Source of the DNA: Verrucomicrobia bacterium UBA1183
Lineage (GTDB): Bacteria; Verrucomicrobiota; Verrucomicrobiia; Opitutales; UBA9783
NCBI GenBank assembly: GCA_002309885.1
Contig: DBYP01000019.1
Location: 8,153-63,162 of the forward strand
DNA length: 55,010 bases
Reading direction: 5' to 3'
Part shown: piece after piece, positions 10,140 to 19,174 of the stretch
Layout of the letters: each line of letters starts with the position of its first letter
Position numbering within the stretch: position 1 is the first letter of the stretch
Translations under genes and position numbers: made by a program
The notes under the pieces: model-generated
What the model saw: the letters and a program-made list of their open reading frames with translations, nothing else
What the model was told of the DNA's origin: nothing
Database searches by the model: none

Positions 10140-10934
10140 ATGACATTAAGTGTTAATACAAATACAACAGCGTCCGCATCGGCGCGTATGTTGAATATCA
10201 ATCATGCCCAGTTGCAACGAAGTTTAACAAGGTTGTCTACGGGTAAACGTATCAATAGTCCGGCGGATGATGCGGGTGGTTTGGCGGTGTCCATGAAGAT
10301 GTCGGCAGCAATTCGCAGAAATACAGCGGTACAGAACAATGTCAATAACGCTATTTCGTTCTTGCAGACGCAGGATGGTGCGTTGGAAACATTTGGTAGT
10401 ATCCTGGAACGTATCTCCGAATTAAAGATGTTGCACCAAGATATCACCAAGTCTGCCAGCGATAAAGCCAATTACACCACGGAATATAAACAGTTGGTTG
10501 CTCAGTTGAATAATTTGAAGGCAGAAAAATTCAACAGCGTTACACTGTTCGGAGCCACTTTGGCAGCGGTAGCTATTACAGAAGACGGAGGACAAACCGT
10601 TGCTTTGACAAAGATAACCTTAGCAGCCGTTGTTGGATCTGTATCCAAAGCTTCTTTGGCTAACTTGACTTTGGGTACGATAACGACAGCTATCGGCAAT
10701 ATAGCGACCTATCGTGCTACGAACGGAGCTTCTTCAAACCGTTTGCAGTATGCTTTGGATATGTTGTCTATCAACAAAGTAAACCTCGAAGCCGCGAACG
10801 GCCGTATCTTGGATGCTGATATCGCTTCCGAATCCACCGAATTTGCGAAATTGCAAATCCTATCACAGGCGAATTCCGCGATGTTGTCGCAAGCGAATCT
10901 GTTACCTCAAGCCGCACTACGACTTATTTCGTAA
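10140..10934 (+). CDS. fliC: Flagellin (short, essentially D0/D1 only)
   Basis: RLSTGKRINSPADDAGGLAVS, N.NNAISFLQTQDGAL, GRILDADIASE, QILSQANSAMLSQAN. Confidence 0.96.
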   Translation: MTLSVNTNTTASASARMLNINHAQLQRSLTRLSTGKRINSPADDAGGLAVSMKMSAAIRRNTAVQNNVNNAISFLQTQDGALETFGSILERISELKMLHQDITKSASDKANYTTEYKQLVAQLNNLKAEKFNSVTLFGATLAAVAITEDGGQTVALTKITLAAVVGSVSKASLANLTLGTITTAIGNIATYRATNGASSNRLQYALDMLSINKVNLEAANGRILDADIASESTEFAKLQILSQANSAMLSQANLLPQAALRLIS

Positions 10935-10953
10935 CACCTCCACACGGTTCACC

Positions 10954-10987
10954 AACAAGCGAATGGGAAACATTCGCTTGTTTTTTT
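10954..10987 (+). terminator. Rho-independent terminator of fliC
   Basis: AACAAGCGAATG-GGAAA-CATTCGCTTGTT followed by a T tract. Confidence 0.9.
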
Positions 10988-11046
10988 GTTTTGAATTAAT
11001 AAAAGAATAACCCTTTTGAATAATTCTCGTAAAAAATCTCTCAAAA

Positions 11047-11331
11047 TTGGATGCCTTCTGGGGAGCAACACGCAACGAACTACCTGTGGTTGCAATTATC
11101 GATTCCGGAAACAAGAGCCTGCATGCGTGGATTCGCGTGCCCGATGTTCACGCTCTCGAGGAATGGAAAATAAAGATCGAGCAGAAACTTTTCGAACAAT
11201 GTCTAAAACCTCTCGGCATCGATACCGCCTGCAAAAACCCTTCTCACATGAGCCGCCTCCCAGGCTGTATCCGCAAAGAAACGGGCAGATGGCAACGATT
11301 GTTGTATCTGAATCCGGATGCAGGGATTTAA
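11047..11331 (+). pseudogene. Fragment of a RepB'/AEP-type DNA primase of mobile-element origin
   Basis: IIDSGNKSLHAW and D.ACKNPSHMSRLPG motifs; no N-terminal half; a repeat fragment (AAAAAATCTCTCAAAA) lies immediately upstream. Confidence 0.7.
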
Positions 11332-11394
11332 TTGCGTTACGATACTAATTAGATTCCAGGCAATATAACACCTTATCCAACGCGTTCGCAAAAC

Positions 11395-11916
11395 TTAATT
11401 TTTCAGTATGGGTTCCACCACTTCCTTACTAGGAATAGCGGACATATCAGACTTCATGGGTATACTAGGTTCTCCAAGTTTACATTGTAGTGCTGTTTCT
11501 ACTATAGAGCCAAACCTCCCCTTTTGGTAACAAAAGTCCTCAAAATCCTCTTTTGAAAGTACACCCTTATGGAATTTAAGCAGTCCTTCTAAAAAAGCTA
11601 TCTCTATTCTTAACTGACCACGAAGTATATAAACTTTATCGTAAGTTCTGAACTCTTTAAGAGCCCAACCTTTTTGTTGTCGTATCGTAGAACATACACC
11701 ATCGACTTTTTTATAAAGCTCCCTAAAATCGGCGAGTACACCCTCTACCTTATCGGCACTCTGTTCTGTCTCAAGGTAACGGTACTTTTTATAAATCTTA
11801 ACTTCTTCTTGGTTCAGATCTTCCATACTTGGCATATTCCCATGCAGTATTGCAGGCAAATAAGCTAATATTGTCAGTATTCCACTTATTCTTATTGTTT
11901 TCATAGTGCACACCAT
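11395..11916 (-). CDS. Hypothetical secreted helical protein (likely start 11904), downstream partner of the M91-like protease
   Basis: Signal-peptide-like MKTIRISGILTILAYLPAILHG; 22 bp downstream of 11939-13267. Confidence 0.75.
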   Translation of the reverse strand: MVCTMKTIRISGILTILAYLPAILHGNMPSMEDLNQEEVKIYKKYRYLETEQSADKVEGVLADFRELYKKVDGVCSTIRQQKGWALKEFRTYDKVYILRGQLRIEIAFLEGLLKFHKGVLSKEDFEDFCYQKGRFGSIVETALQCKLGEPSIPMKSDMSAIPSKEVVEPILKN

Positions 11917-11938
11917 ATTTGATAACTCATTTCAAATG

Positions 11939-13267
11939 TCAAGGTTTTATTGCTTCACCTGGAATTAACTTCCAATTAATGGATGTGATATCGGTAATTC
12001 CCATAATCTCACAATAACAATTAATCGCCAATGTATTTGCTAATTTGCAAGCATCTGGCAATATCAAAAGAACAGGAATATCAATTGTTCCCATTGTAAA
12101 ATGGCCAAATCTCATATAACATCTATTGGGTGGAATGCTCATCGATATACGGTAGACATTTTCAGATAAATCATCTCCGTTCAAAAACATACGATTATTG
12201 GGTACGTATTGTGTTATGCCTCGAATGGTAACAGGCGTTGATCGCCCTCTAATCGGGGGTATCGTAAGGAAAGCACTGGGATGGATATATCTTTGATATA
12301 GAGCATCCGTACAATTGGGACTGCCCAAGATATTTGCGATTTCTTCGCTATCTGCCGGACTACCCCACAAATCAGTAACAGAAGTACCATAGTAACAACG
12401 CAATGCATACTTAAACACAGCGGGATTCGCGTTATTACTTTCTAGAAATCTATTTGGATTTCTTAAGAAATGAAACCAATGTAACATCTCATGGAACAAG
12501 GCTACCTGAGATAAACAACTGTTCTGGCATATAGTTGTCCCGCCGGGACATGCTGTTGTTAATACGGTTGTCCAAAGATCGGGGTTGCTGATATCCGCTA
12601 ATATATGTCCTTCGGGACTAAATGCACCACCCTTACCAGCACCATCGAAAATATGTATTGCCCTACAATTATTTCGCTCATCTAAATCATCAACATTAAT
12701 TTCTGCTTCGCAACGTCCTTCATGTGTGACATCATCGACCCTCAGAATTTCAACCAATAAGCGATATAATAAAACTCTCCCAACGGGATTTGATGCAATA
12801 TCGCGGAATGTTCGCCAAAATTGTTGTTTAAAGCTGCTTGATCCTTCCATAGGTACTATCATAATATGCCCATCTTCAAGCATTGGCGGGGCGGCCAATC
12901 CGCTAGGTATAGGATTATAAGTCTCTACCGCTTCGTTTCCTCCAAAAACCCGAACCCACCAATCTCTTACGGCTTCATCATTGCCTCCAATATACCTCGC
13001 ACCTGACCATTCACCGGCTTCAGATGTGCTCGGTTGATGTCCATCTCTCGGAAAATATAAATCACATTCTGTGTACGGTACACGGACATGCTTAAATGCT
13101 TCACCTTCATGCCCTCGTAGTGGGGTATCATCCGCGCCTATTTTGTCTGGCAAATGAAACTCTGGTACGCCTAATAACAAGGTTTGCATTACACAAAATA
13201 CAATTTCAATAACTCCGAATTTCCTCATTCTTTTTGATACCTTCGTACTATTATGTATATCGGCCAT
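11939..13267 (-). CDS. Zinc metallopeptidase, NleD/Peptidase M91-like putative effector
   Basis: IASNPVGRVLL, LFHEMLH (HEXXH), EE...G, LSENVYR...MRFGH in the order seen in M91-type proteins. Confidence 0.72.
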   Translation of the reverse strand: MADIHNSTKVSKRMRKFGVIEIVFCVMQTLLLGVPEFHLPDKIGADDTPLRGHEGEAFKHVRVPYTECDLYFPRDGHQPSTSEAGEWSGARYIGGNDEAVRDWWVRVFGGNEAVETYNPIPSGLAAPPMLEDGHIMIVPMEGSSSFKQQFWRTFRDIASNPVGRVLLYRLLVEILRVDDVTHEGRCEAEINVDDLDERNNCRAIHIFDGAGKGGAFSPEGHILADISNPDLWTTVLTTACPGGTTICQNSCLSQVALFHEMLHWFHFLRNPNRFLESNNANPAVFKYALRCYYGTSVTDLWGSPADSEEIANILGSPNCTDALYQRYIHPSAFLTIPPIRGRSTPVTIRGITQYVPNNRMFLNGDDLSENVYRISMSIPPNRCYMRFGHFTMGTIDIPVLLILPDACKLANTLAINCYCEIMGITDITSINWKLIPGEAIKP

Positions 13268-13353
13268 TTTCTGAAAAATTTTATGAAACCCTTTTAAAAT
13301 CTTTCAAAATTCATACGAAAGAACGGATTTTATGAAATACTTTACAAGTCCAC

Positions 13354-13408
13354 ACTAAGAAAACTTAGTCAATTATCTTTTCTTAGTAAATTTTACTAAG
13401 AAAACTTA
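13354..13408. repeat. Nested direct and inverted repeat cluster (possible protein-binding or recombination site)
   Basis: ACTAAGAAAACTTA direct repeat at 13354 and 13395; perfect 13-bp inverted repeat TTTTCTTAGTAAA-T-TTTACTAAGAAAA at 13378-13404. Confidence 0.75.
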
Positions 13409-13410
13409 AT

Positions 13411-13635
13411 TTACCAAACAAACCCAAAACACATCTGCCCAATTCCTTGCAAAGAGCGTAACAAGCGCAGATTCTTCTCGATAGAGCGCTGAAGATGTGT
13501 TTCGTAGCGAATGACTTTGTCGGCGTTTTCTGCTGAGGGTAGTTGAGCTACAGATTCGTAAATGGAGCGCTTATGATCGAATTTTTGGAGGTCTTTTTTG
13601 TAACGAAAACTTTTTTCAAAAAGTTCCCTTATCAA
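13411..13635 (-). pseudogene. C-terminal fragment of an uncharacterised, probably mobile-element-associated protein
   Basis: LPSAENADKVIRYETHLQRSIEKNLRLLRSLQ resembles the C-terminal LP..DK..RYE..L.R...L..L..LQ motif of a widespread hypothetical family (recalled, not searched); the first codons come from the repeat hairpin. Confidence 0.55.
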
Positions 13636-14977
13636 TTACTTCATTGTACTTTAAATTATGTTTTTCTAAAATAGTTTTCAGGTCGCATCCCAATTTTTGA
13701 GCCTCTTGTACTAGGGCTGCTGCTTTATCGTACCCGATCTTTGGCGCTAAATTATTCAAAAGCGCGTAGGAATTTTGCACATGCTTTCGGATATTGGCTT
13801 CGTTAGGCTGCAGATCGTGCAACAATTTTTCGCAAAATAGATCCAAGGCTTTCGCGAAGGTTTGAATGCTTTCTATCAGTGCATAGATCAGCAATGCCGA
13901 CGTGGTGTTCAATTGAAATTGGCCACCAATAACAGCACACCGACGCACCATGTCGCAATGACCTTGTACATAGATGCAAACCTGTAGCAATGTTTCGCAC
14001 ACCACCGGATTAACTTTACCCGGCATGCAAGAGGATCCCGCTTGTGTTGCTGGGATAATGAGCTCATTGAGACCGCCTGCAGGCCCCGAACCATACCAAC
14101 GAATATCGTTTGCAAGCTTTACGAAGGTTGTGGCTAACGTATCCAGCAAGCCTGCAAAATAGACGTAATCGTCGCGCGAGGATTGTTGCTCGAAACGATT
14201 TTTGGAAGCAATAAAATGCGTTTCCCAGCGTTCATTGAGGATTTTTATAACCGTTTCTCCAAAATTCGGGTGGGTATTACAGCCATTTCCGACAGCGGTT
14301 CCGCCGATAGGCAATTCGAGGAAATGTTCAAGGCCATGAGTGATATTTTCCATGTTCTTTTCAACTTGCCGCTTGTACCCTGAAAATACCTGCCCCAGTT
14401 TCATCAATACCGCATCCATGGTGTGTGTTCTCCCCAAAAGGGTAATATCTGCCCAGGCACGTTCCTTTTCTTGCAGCACATCAAAAACCTTCTTCAATGC
14501 CGGAATGAGCTGTCCCAAGGTTAATTCTTGCAAGGTCATGTTAAGGGTCGACGGAATCAGGTCGTTCGTCGATTGCCCCAAATTGCAATCATCATTGGCA
14601 TGTAGCTTCAATTGCGGATGCTTCTGCAGTGCAACTTGCCGAATTACCTCATTTACGTTCATATTGATGGGCGTACAGCCACCGGTTTGAAATATTTCAA
14701 CAGGGAATGCCGACGAAGGAATTTCTCCGCGACAAAGCATTTCTGTAGCTTCTGCAATGGCGGCTGCTTTTTCAGATGACAACAGGCCCAAGCGTTGATT
14801 GGCTATTGCGCAAGCTAATTTTAATTTGCCCAAATTTTTGAAAAATATGCTAGGAATTTTAGGCGCTCCTAGAGAAGAACATCGTACCGCACGTTCCGTC
14901 GCAATCCCATATAAACAATCTTCAGGAAATGCCACTTCACCCAACAAATCCGCTTCAATTCTTCTACTGCTTTCCAT
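13616..14977 (-). CDS. Class II fumarate hydratase / aspartate ammonia-lyase family protein
   Basis: GSSCMPGKVNP signature, GRTHTMDA, NMNVNE, GQSTND; the motifs do not cleanly separate fumC from aspA. Confidence 0.9.
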   Translation of the reverse strand: MESSRRIEADLLGEVAFPEDCLYGIATERAVRCSSLGAPKIPSIFFKNLGKLKLACAIANQRLGLLSSEKAAAIAEATEMLCRGEIPSSAFPVEIFQTGGCTPINMNVNEVIRQVALQKHPQLKLHANDDCNLGQSTNDLIPSTLNMTLQELTLGQLIPALKKVFDVLQEKERAWADITLLGRTHTMDAVLMKLGQVFSGYKRQVEKNMENITHGLEHFLELPIGGTAVGNGCNTHPNFGETVIKILNERWETHFIASKNRFEQQSSRDDYVYFAGLLDTLATTFVKLANDIRWYGSGPAGGLNELIIPATQAGSSCMPGKVNPVVCETLLQVCIYVQGHCDMVRRCAVIGGQFQLNTTSALLIYALIESIQTFAKALDLFCEKLLHDLQPNEANIRKHVQNSYALLNNLAPKIGYDKAAALVQEAQKLGCDLKTILEKHNLKYNEVIDKGTF

Positions 14978-15043
14978 AACGCAAACAGTAAATATATTTC
15001 GAACGTAAGTAAATTATTTTCTCGAAAATCTTATAGCACTTCT

Positions 15044-15216
15044 TAGCGTGTGTCTGCAGGAGATAAAAGGTTATAAAAGCATAAATCTTAAGGGAACTTT
15101 TTGAAAAAAGCTCCCTTAAACCTTCAAAAACTTTTTATTTTGCAATCATGTTGCAAAATAACTGGGGTGCAGGGCCTTTGCCCTGCTTTTAAGAGAGTTT
15201 GAGGGATTTTTGTAAA
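15044..15216 (+). repeat. Modular palindromic repeat, most complete copy
   Basis: TAGCGTGTGTCTGCA; AAGGGAACTTTTTGAAAAAAGCTCCCTT; ATTTTGCAATCATGTTGCAAAAT; GCAGGGCCTTTGCCCTGC; TTTTAAGAGAGTTTGAGGGATTTTTGTAAA. Confidence 0.92.
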
Positions 15217-15238
15217 TTACGGCCGTAATTTCGTTATC

Positions 15239-16069
15239 TTACAAAAGTTCGACCTGAGCCTTAACGATTTTGAAGGCTTGATTTAGAAAGGAAAGCTCGT
15301 CTTTGTGGCGTTTAACTTCCAAAATGCCGCCGGGCATTTGGAGTTTTAGATGGTAACAATCTAATGAAAAACAGTATCCGTAAGCACAAGCGACGGCACA
15401 AGCGCTAGAGCCTGAACCCAATGTATAGCCCGAACCTCGTTCCCAAATTTCCATACGCGCAAGCGGCTGTGTCGGAGCCCAGTCAACGAATTGCACGTTT
15501 GTTTTTTGTGGAAATGCCGAGTGCACCTCTAAAATACGCCCCAAATCGCACGCAAGCGCTTTCGTAGGTTTATCCACAGGCACCACACAATGGGGATTCC
15601 CCATATCCACTTTTATCAGTTTTAGCGTATGCGGAATAGCATATTTTGCTAAAATTTCTTGTGGAACTGAAAAATCGATGGTCTCTAAAATTTTAAATTT
15701 TTGAAAAAATATTTCGCACAGTGTTGACGGGTGCATGGCATAAACACTGGCTTTCACGCTACAATTTTTAGAAGAATGAATCTTAAAAAACGTATTCGAT
15801 TCGATTCGATGTTCATCCCACAAATAACGAGCAAATATCGTTAAACCGTTACCGCTTATTTCCGCCAAAGTGCCGTCAGCATTGTAGATATCTACAAAAA
15901 AATCTTCCTGTGTATTCACTTTTGGCCCCATCAAAACGCCATCACCACCCAAACCGTAATGTCGATTGCATATTTTTTTTACAAGTTCGGGTGTCAAAGA
16001 GGCGGCGTTTTTGAGTGGATCGTAAATCCAGTAATCATTGCCCAGCGCTTGATATTTCGTCAAAATCAT
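15239..16069 (-). CDS. dapF: Diaminopimelate epimerase family protein, Ser/Ser active-site variant (start corrected to 16069)
   Basis: KYQALGNDY, RHYGLGGDG, NADGTLAEISGNG, DMGNPH, WERGSGYTLGSGSSACA; ATGA overlap with the mreD stop. Confidence 0.9.
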   Translation of the reverse strand: MILTKYQALGNDYWIYDPLKNAASLTPELVKKICNRHYGLGGDGVLMGPKVNTQEDFFVDIYNADGTLAEISGNGLTIFARYLWDEHRIESNTFFKIHSSKNCSVKASVYAMHPSTLCEIFFQKFKILETIDFSVPQEILAKYAIPHTLKLIKVDMGNPHCVVPVDKPTKALACDLGRILEVHSAFPQKTNVQFVDWAPTQPLARMEIWERGSGYTLGSGSSACAVACAYGYCFSLDCYHLKLQMPGGILEVKRHKDELSFLNQAFKIVKAQVELL

Positions 16070-16551
16070 ACCACAGAAAAATATTTGTTTTGAAATTTTA
16101 AAAGCCAAACGCCGCAAATGCCTGCAATAACAGCGGATAGCAACAACGGTATCGCATAAAATCTTACATATATCATTGAAATATGATGAACCGGTAAGTG
16201 TGCTACAATGTAACAAAATTGCATTGTAAAGTTCAAGACGCTGGTCCAAAAGAACGTTCGATATTTAAAAACGTTTTTCCAAGATTTTTTCTGCAATAAA
16301 ATCATGGGCGCTGATAACAATAAACAAGAAAATCCAAATAAATCATGTTCAAAATTCCCAGTATCTATCACAAGCCCCAAGCATATCGCTGCAAAAATTC
16401 CTTCGTATTTATTTAGACGACACATCAGTAGCACAAAAACGGTGCCAGGCATGAACAGTGGGAATGCGAGCACTCCACTTAGATAATCACATGCCCAAAT
16501 AACAGGTAAATTTATGCATAAACTGATAATAATATTGTAAAAAAATTTCAT
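16066..16551 (-). CDS. mreD: Rod shape-determining protein MreD (divergent)
   Basis: 161-aa polytopic membrane protein with GLVID motif, translationally coupled after mreC. Confidence 0.7.
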   Translation of the reverse strand: MKFFYNIIISLCINLPVIWACDYLSGVLAFPLFMPGTVFVLLMCRLNKYEGIFAAICLGLVIDTGNFEHDLFGFSCLLLSAPMILLQKKSWKNVFKYRTFFWTSVLNFTMQFCYIVAHLPVHHISMIYVRFYAIPLLLSAVIAGICGVWLLKFQNKYFSVV

Positions 16552-17375
16552 AGCACCTCTGTGGAAGGAATCAAAACCCCCACCTCGCTTAGATATTTCA
16601 GATGCTCACCCAATTGCACAATGCCTACCGTCGTATTGCCATCTTTTTCAATATTTATCAGACGCCCTACAAACATATGTGGCGGAAATTGCTGCCCCAA
16701 GGCACTCGTTTCGACCGTTTGCGGGCATAACAGCGCATCTTCTTTGCGTACATCAGAAAGTTTGGCACGCAAATCCGAATGGCAGAGATAATTTTTATTT
16801 ACGAAACCGCTCAGCACGTGTGTGATATTTTCGCTGTCTGTTTTCACAATCATTTTAAATTCGGGGCATGTGATCAATTCTACGATTGCGGTTGTTTTGT
16901 CTGCCGCTTTAATACGTCCAACGACGCCTTCGTTACAAAAAACCCCCTGTCCCACTCGGACACCATCGCGAAACCCTTTATCGATGACAATGGTTTGGTA
17001 CCATAGTTCGATAGATCGGTGAATTACACGTGCAACCAAGCACTTAAAATGTTCTCCTAACGGTACTTTGTTGAGTTGCAAAATGCGTTGCGCTAAATCG
17101 GACGCTTCCTTTTGTTCTGCCAACTGCAACTTCAAATACGCATTTTCCTTAAACAATTCGCGTGTTTGATTTATCCAAAAATCTTTGGAATACGCGTTCA
17201 TGCCTTGCGATATTTGCTGATGCTCGATGTACGAACTCAGCTTAAATACGGGAATTTGCGCATTAAAGAAAACACACCTTAGGAAGCCTTTTATGCTCCA
17301 CGGAATGATAAAAATCCATACAATCGAAAAAATGAGAATATAGGTAAAAAAAGACCGCCAGGATTTTTTGTACAC
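16548..17375 (-). CDS. mreC: Rod shape-determining protein MreC
   Basis: N-terminal TM, coiled coil (ELFKENAYLK), ARVI.R, IDKG..DGV..G, GVVGRI, TSALGQQFP. Confidence 0.9.
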   Translation of the reverse strand: MYKKSWRSFFTYILIFSIVWIFIIPWSIKGFLRCVFFNAQIPVFKLSSYIEHQQISQGMNAYSKDFWINQTRELFKENAYLKLQLAEQKEASDLAQRILQLNKVPLGEHFKCLVARVIHRSIELWYQTIVIDKGFRDGVRVGQGVFCNEGVVGRIKAADKTTAIVELITCPEFKMIVKTDSENITHVLSGFVNKNYLCHSDLRAKLSDVRKEDALLCPQTVETSALGQQFPPHMFVGRLINIEKDGNTTVGIVQLGEHLKYLSEVGVLIPSTEVL

Positions 17376-17378
17376 GGA

Positions 17379-18404
17379 CTAGTATTCCTCATTCAACCAA
17401 AATGTCAGATTTTGCAAAACAGCTCCGGTTCCGTCCGCAACGGCGCGCAAGGGATCTTCCGCGATAATGACCGGGAGCTGAGTTGCCTCGCTTAACCGAC
17501 GATCCAGATTGCGAATCATGGAACCTCCACCCGCGAGCACAATGCCGCGATCGACCAAATCCGCAGCCAATTCCGGTGGGCAACGATCGAGTGCTTGACG
17601 AACAACCTCTATGATGGCGGTTAGAGCGTCAAACAAAGCTTCACGCACCTCTACCGACGTAATTTTAACCGTCCTTGGAAGCCCCGAAATGGTATCGCGT
17701 CCCTTAACATCTAACGTCAACTCTTCTTCTAAAGGTGTTGCGGAACCAATCGCAATTTTGATATCTTCCGCCATACGTTCACCAATGAGCAAGTTGTAGG
17801 TTTTCTTTAAATGATTGGCAATCGCCATATCCATCTGATCACCACCGACGCGCAAACTTTTGGCAAACACCATGCCAGAGAGCGATATAATCGCGACCTC
17901 CGTCGTACCACCACCAATGTCTACAATCATACTTGCCGCCGGTTCATCGATGGGTAAACCCGCACCAATAGCCGCAGCCATTGGCTCTTGCAATAGAAGA
18001 ACCTCGCGTGCACCTGCATGGATCGCGGATTCTTTTACGGCTCGGCGTTCCACTTCTGTGATTCCCGAAGGAACCGCGATAACTACCCGCGGTGGAATAA
18101 AGCGATGATTGCGACAAACTTTGTTGATAAAGTACCGTAACATGGCTTCCGTAACCTCAAAATCCGCAATAACGCCATCCTTCATCGGACGCAACGCGGT
18201 GATATTGCCCGGGGTACGTCCCAACATCTTTTTGGCTTCCAAACCTACCGCCCTAACTTTACGCGTTTTATTATAAATGGCAACCACACTCGGTTCTGTT
18301 AAAACAACGCCCCTATCTTTAGCAAAAACGAGCGTATTTGCAGTTCCCAGATCGATCCCAATATCGTGGGACATGAACGAAAAAAATTTGCCAAATAAAG
18401 ACAT
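17379..18404 (-). CDS. mreB: Rod shape-determining protein MreB
   Basis: DIGIDLGTANT, RPMKDGVIADF, EPMAAAIGAG, DIGGGTTE. Confidence 0.98.
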   Translation of the reverse strand: MSLFGKFFSFMSHDIGIDLGTANTLVFAKDRGVVLTEPSVVAIYNKTRKVRAVGLEAKKMLGRTPGNITALRPMKDGVIADFEVTEAMLRYFINKVCRNHRFIPPRVVIAVPSGITEVERRAVKESAIHAGAREVLLLQEPMAAAIGAGLPIDEPAASMIVDIGGGTTEVAIISLSGMVFAKSLRVGGDQMDMAIANHLKKTYNLLIGERMAEDIKIAIGSATPLEEELTLDVKGRDTISGLPRTVKITSVEVREALFDALTAIIEVVRQALDRCPPELAADLVDRGIVLAGGGSMIRNLDRRLSEATQLPVIIAEDPLRAVADGTGAVLQNLTFWLNEEY

Positions 18405-18480
18405 AAATAGCTACTTTTAAGACGTCTGCCTCTAGTAAAAACCATAACCCTCTTTACGTCAAGTTAAGAAATCTTTTTTT

Positions 18481-18506
18481 TGCAAGTTCAACTTTGAAGT
18501 GCAACT
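18481..18506 (+). mobile_element. Solo IS30-like terminal inverted repeat
   Basis: TGCAAGTTCAACTTTGAAGTGCAACT; 24/26 identical to 1946-1971 and 20/26 to the IS30 end at 318-343. Confidence 0.72.
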
Positions 18507-18591
18507 GAAGGGAGCGCGGGAGCAATTGTTACTTACGGGTATGTTTGCGAGTGTTTTTACAGATGTCGGTTAAATTTTTTAACTTTTCCAT

Positions 18592-18629
18592 AAAAAAGCC
18601 CCGAAGGTTAAAATTTTCCTTCGGGGCTT
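18592..18629 (-). terminator. Rho-independent terminator of hpf
   Basis: 12-bp stem AAGCCCCGAAGG/CCTTCGGGGCTT with a T tract on the minus strand. Confidence 0.9.
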
Positions 18630-18651
18630 AGAACATTCTGTTATTTGCTTT

Positions 18652-18990
18652 TTAGTTTTGTTTAACTAAATTTAATTTTCTTTTTACCCTTAACAAACGC
18701 GAACGACGGCGCAATTTGCGTTGCAGTTTCTCCTGCAAAATATCGATCGCTTTGTAGAGGTTCTCTGAGTAAACAGCTACAACAAGCGCAGGTCCTTGAA
18801 TTTCGATGCACCCTTTAGCCATAAATTCACCTTGGTCTTTCCTGCAAACATCTTGAGCCAAATCCACGCGAATTCGCATAATAGAAGGCTCATGTTTGAA
18901 CAATTTAGCCATTTTTTCATTTACGACGTTCTTGATAGCCTCTGTCAAAGACAAATGCACTCCTGTAATAATGATAGCTGAGTCATTCAT
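18652..18990 (-). CDS. hpf: Ribosome hibernation promoting factor (short HPF/RaiA)
   Basis: IIITGVHLSLTEAIK..V.EK..KL, SENLYKAID...KL.RKLRR. Confidence 0.9.
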   Translation of the reverse strand: MNDSAIIITGVHLSLTEAIKNVVNEKMAKLFKHEPSIMRIRVDLAQDVCRKDQGEFMAKGCIEIQGPALVVAVYSENLYKAIDILQEKLQRKLRRRSRLLRVKRKLNLVKQN

Positions 18991-19174
18991 ACGAGTCCTA
19001 TTGTACGCGAAATATTTTAAAAAATCAATTTATTTGTTGCATTATCTTTAGATTGTGCCGGGAGGTCCGATTTTTAGCCAGGAAGGGGTTATGGAGAAAA
19101 TATTCTTTCATTTTTTCCTTGCATTAAAATGTTCAATAAGTTAATTAATATTGCTTGTTTTTTTAAGCAATACT

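Noticed and set aside
16070-16249. 60-aa N-terminal extension of DapF
   Set aside because: It lies inside mreD; homology starts at MILTKY (16069) with an ATGA overlap
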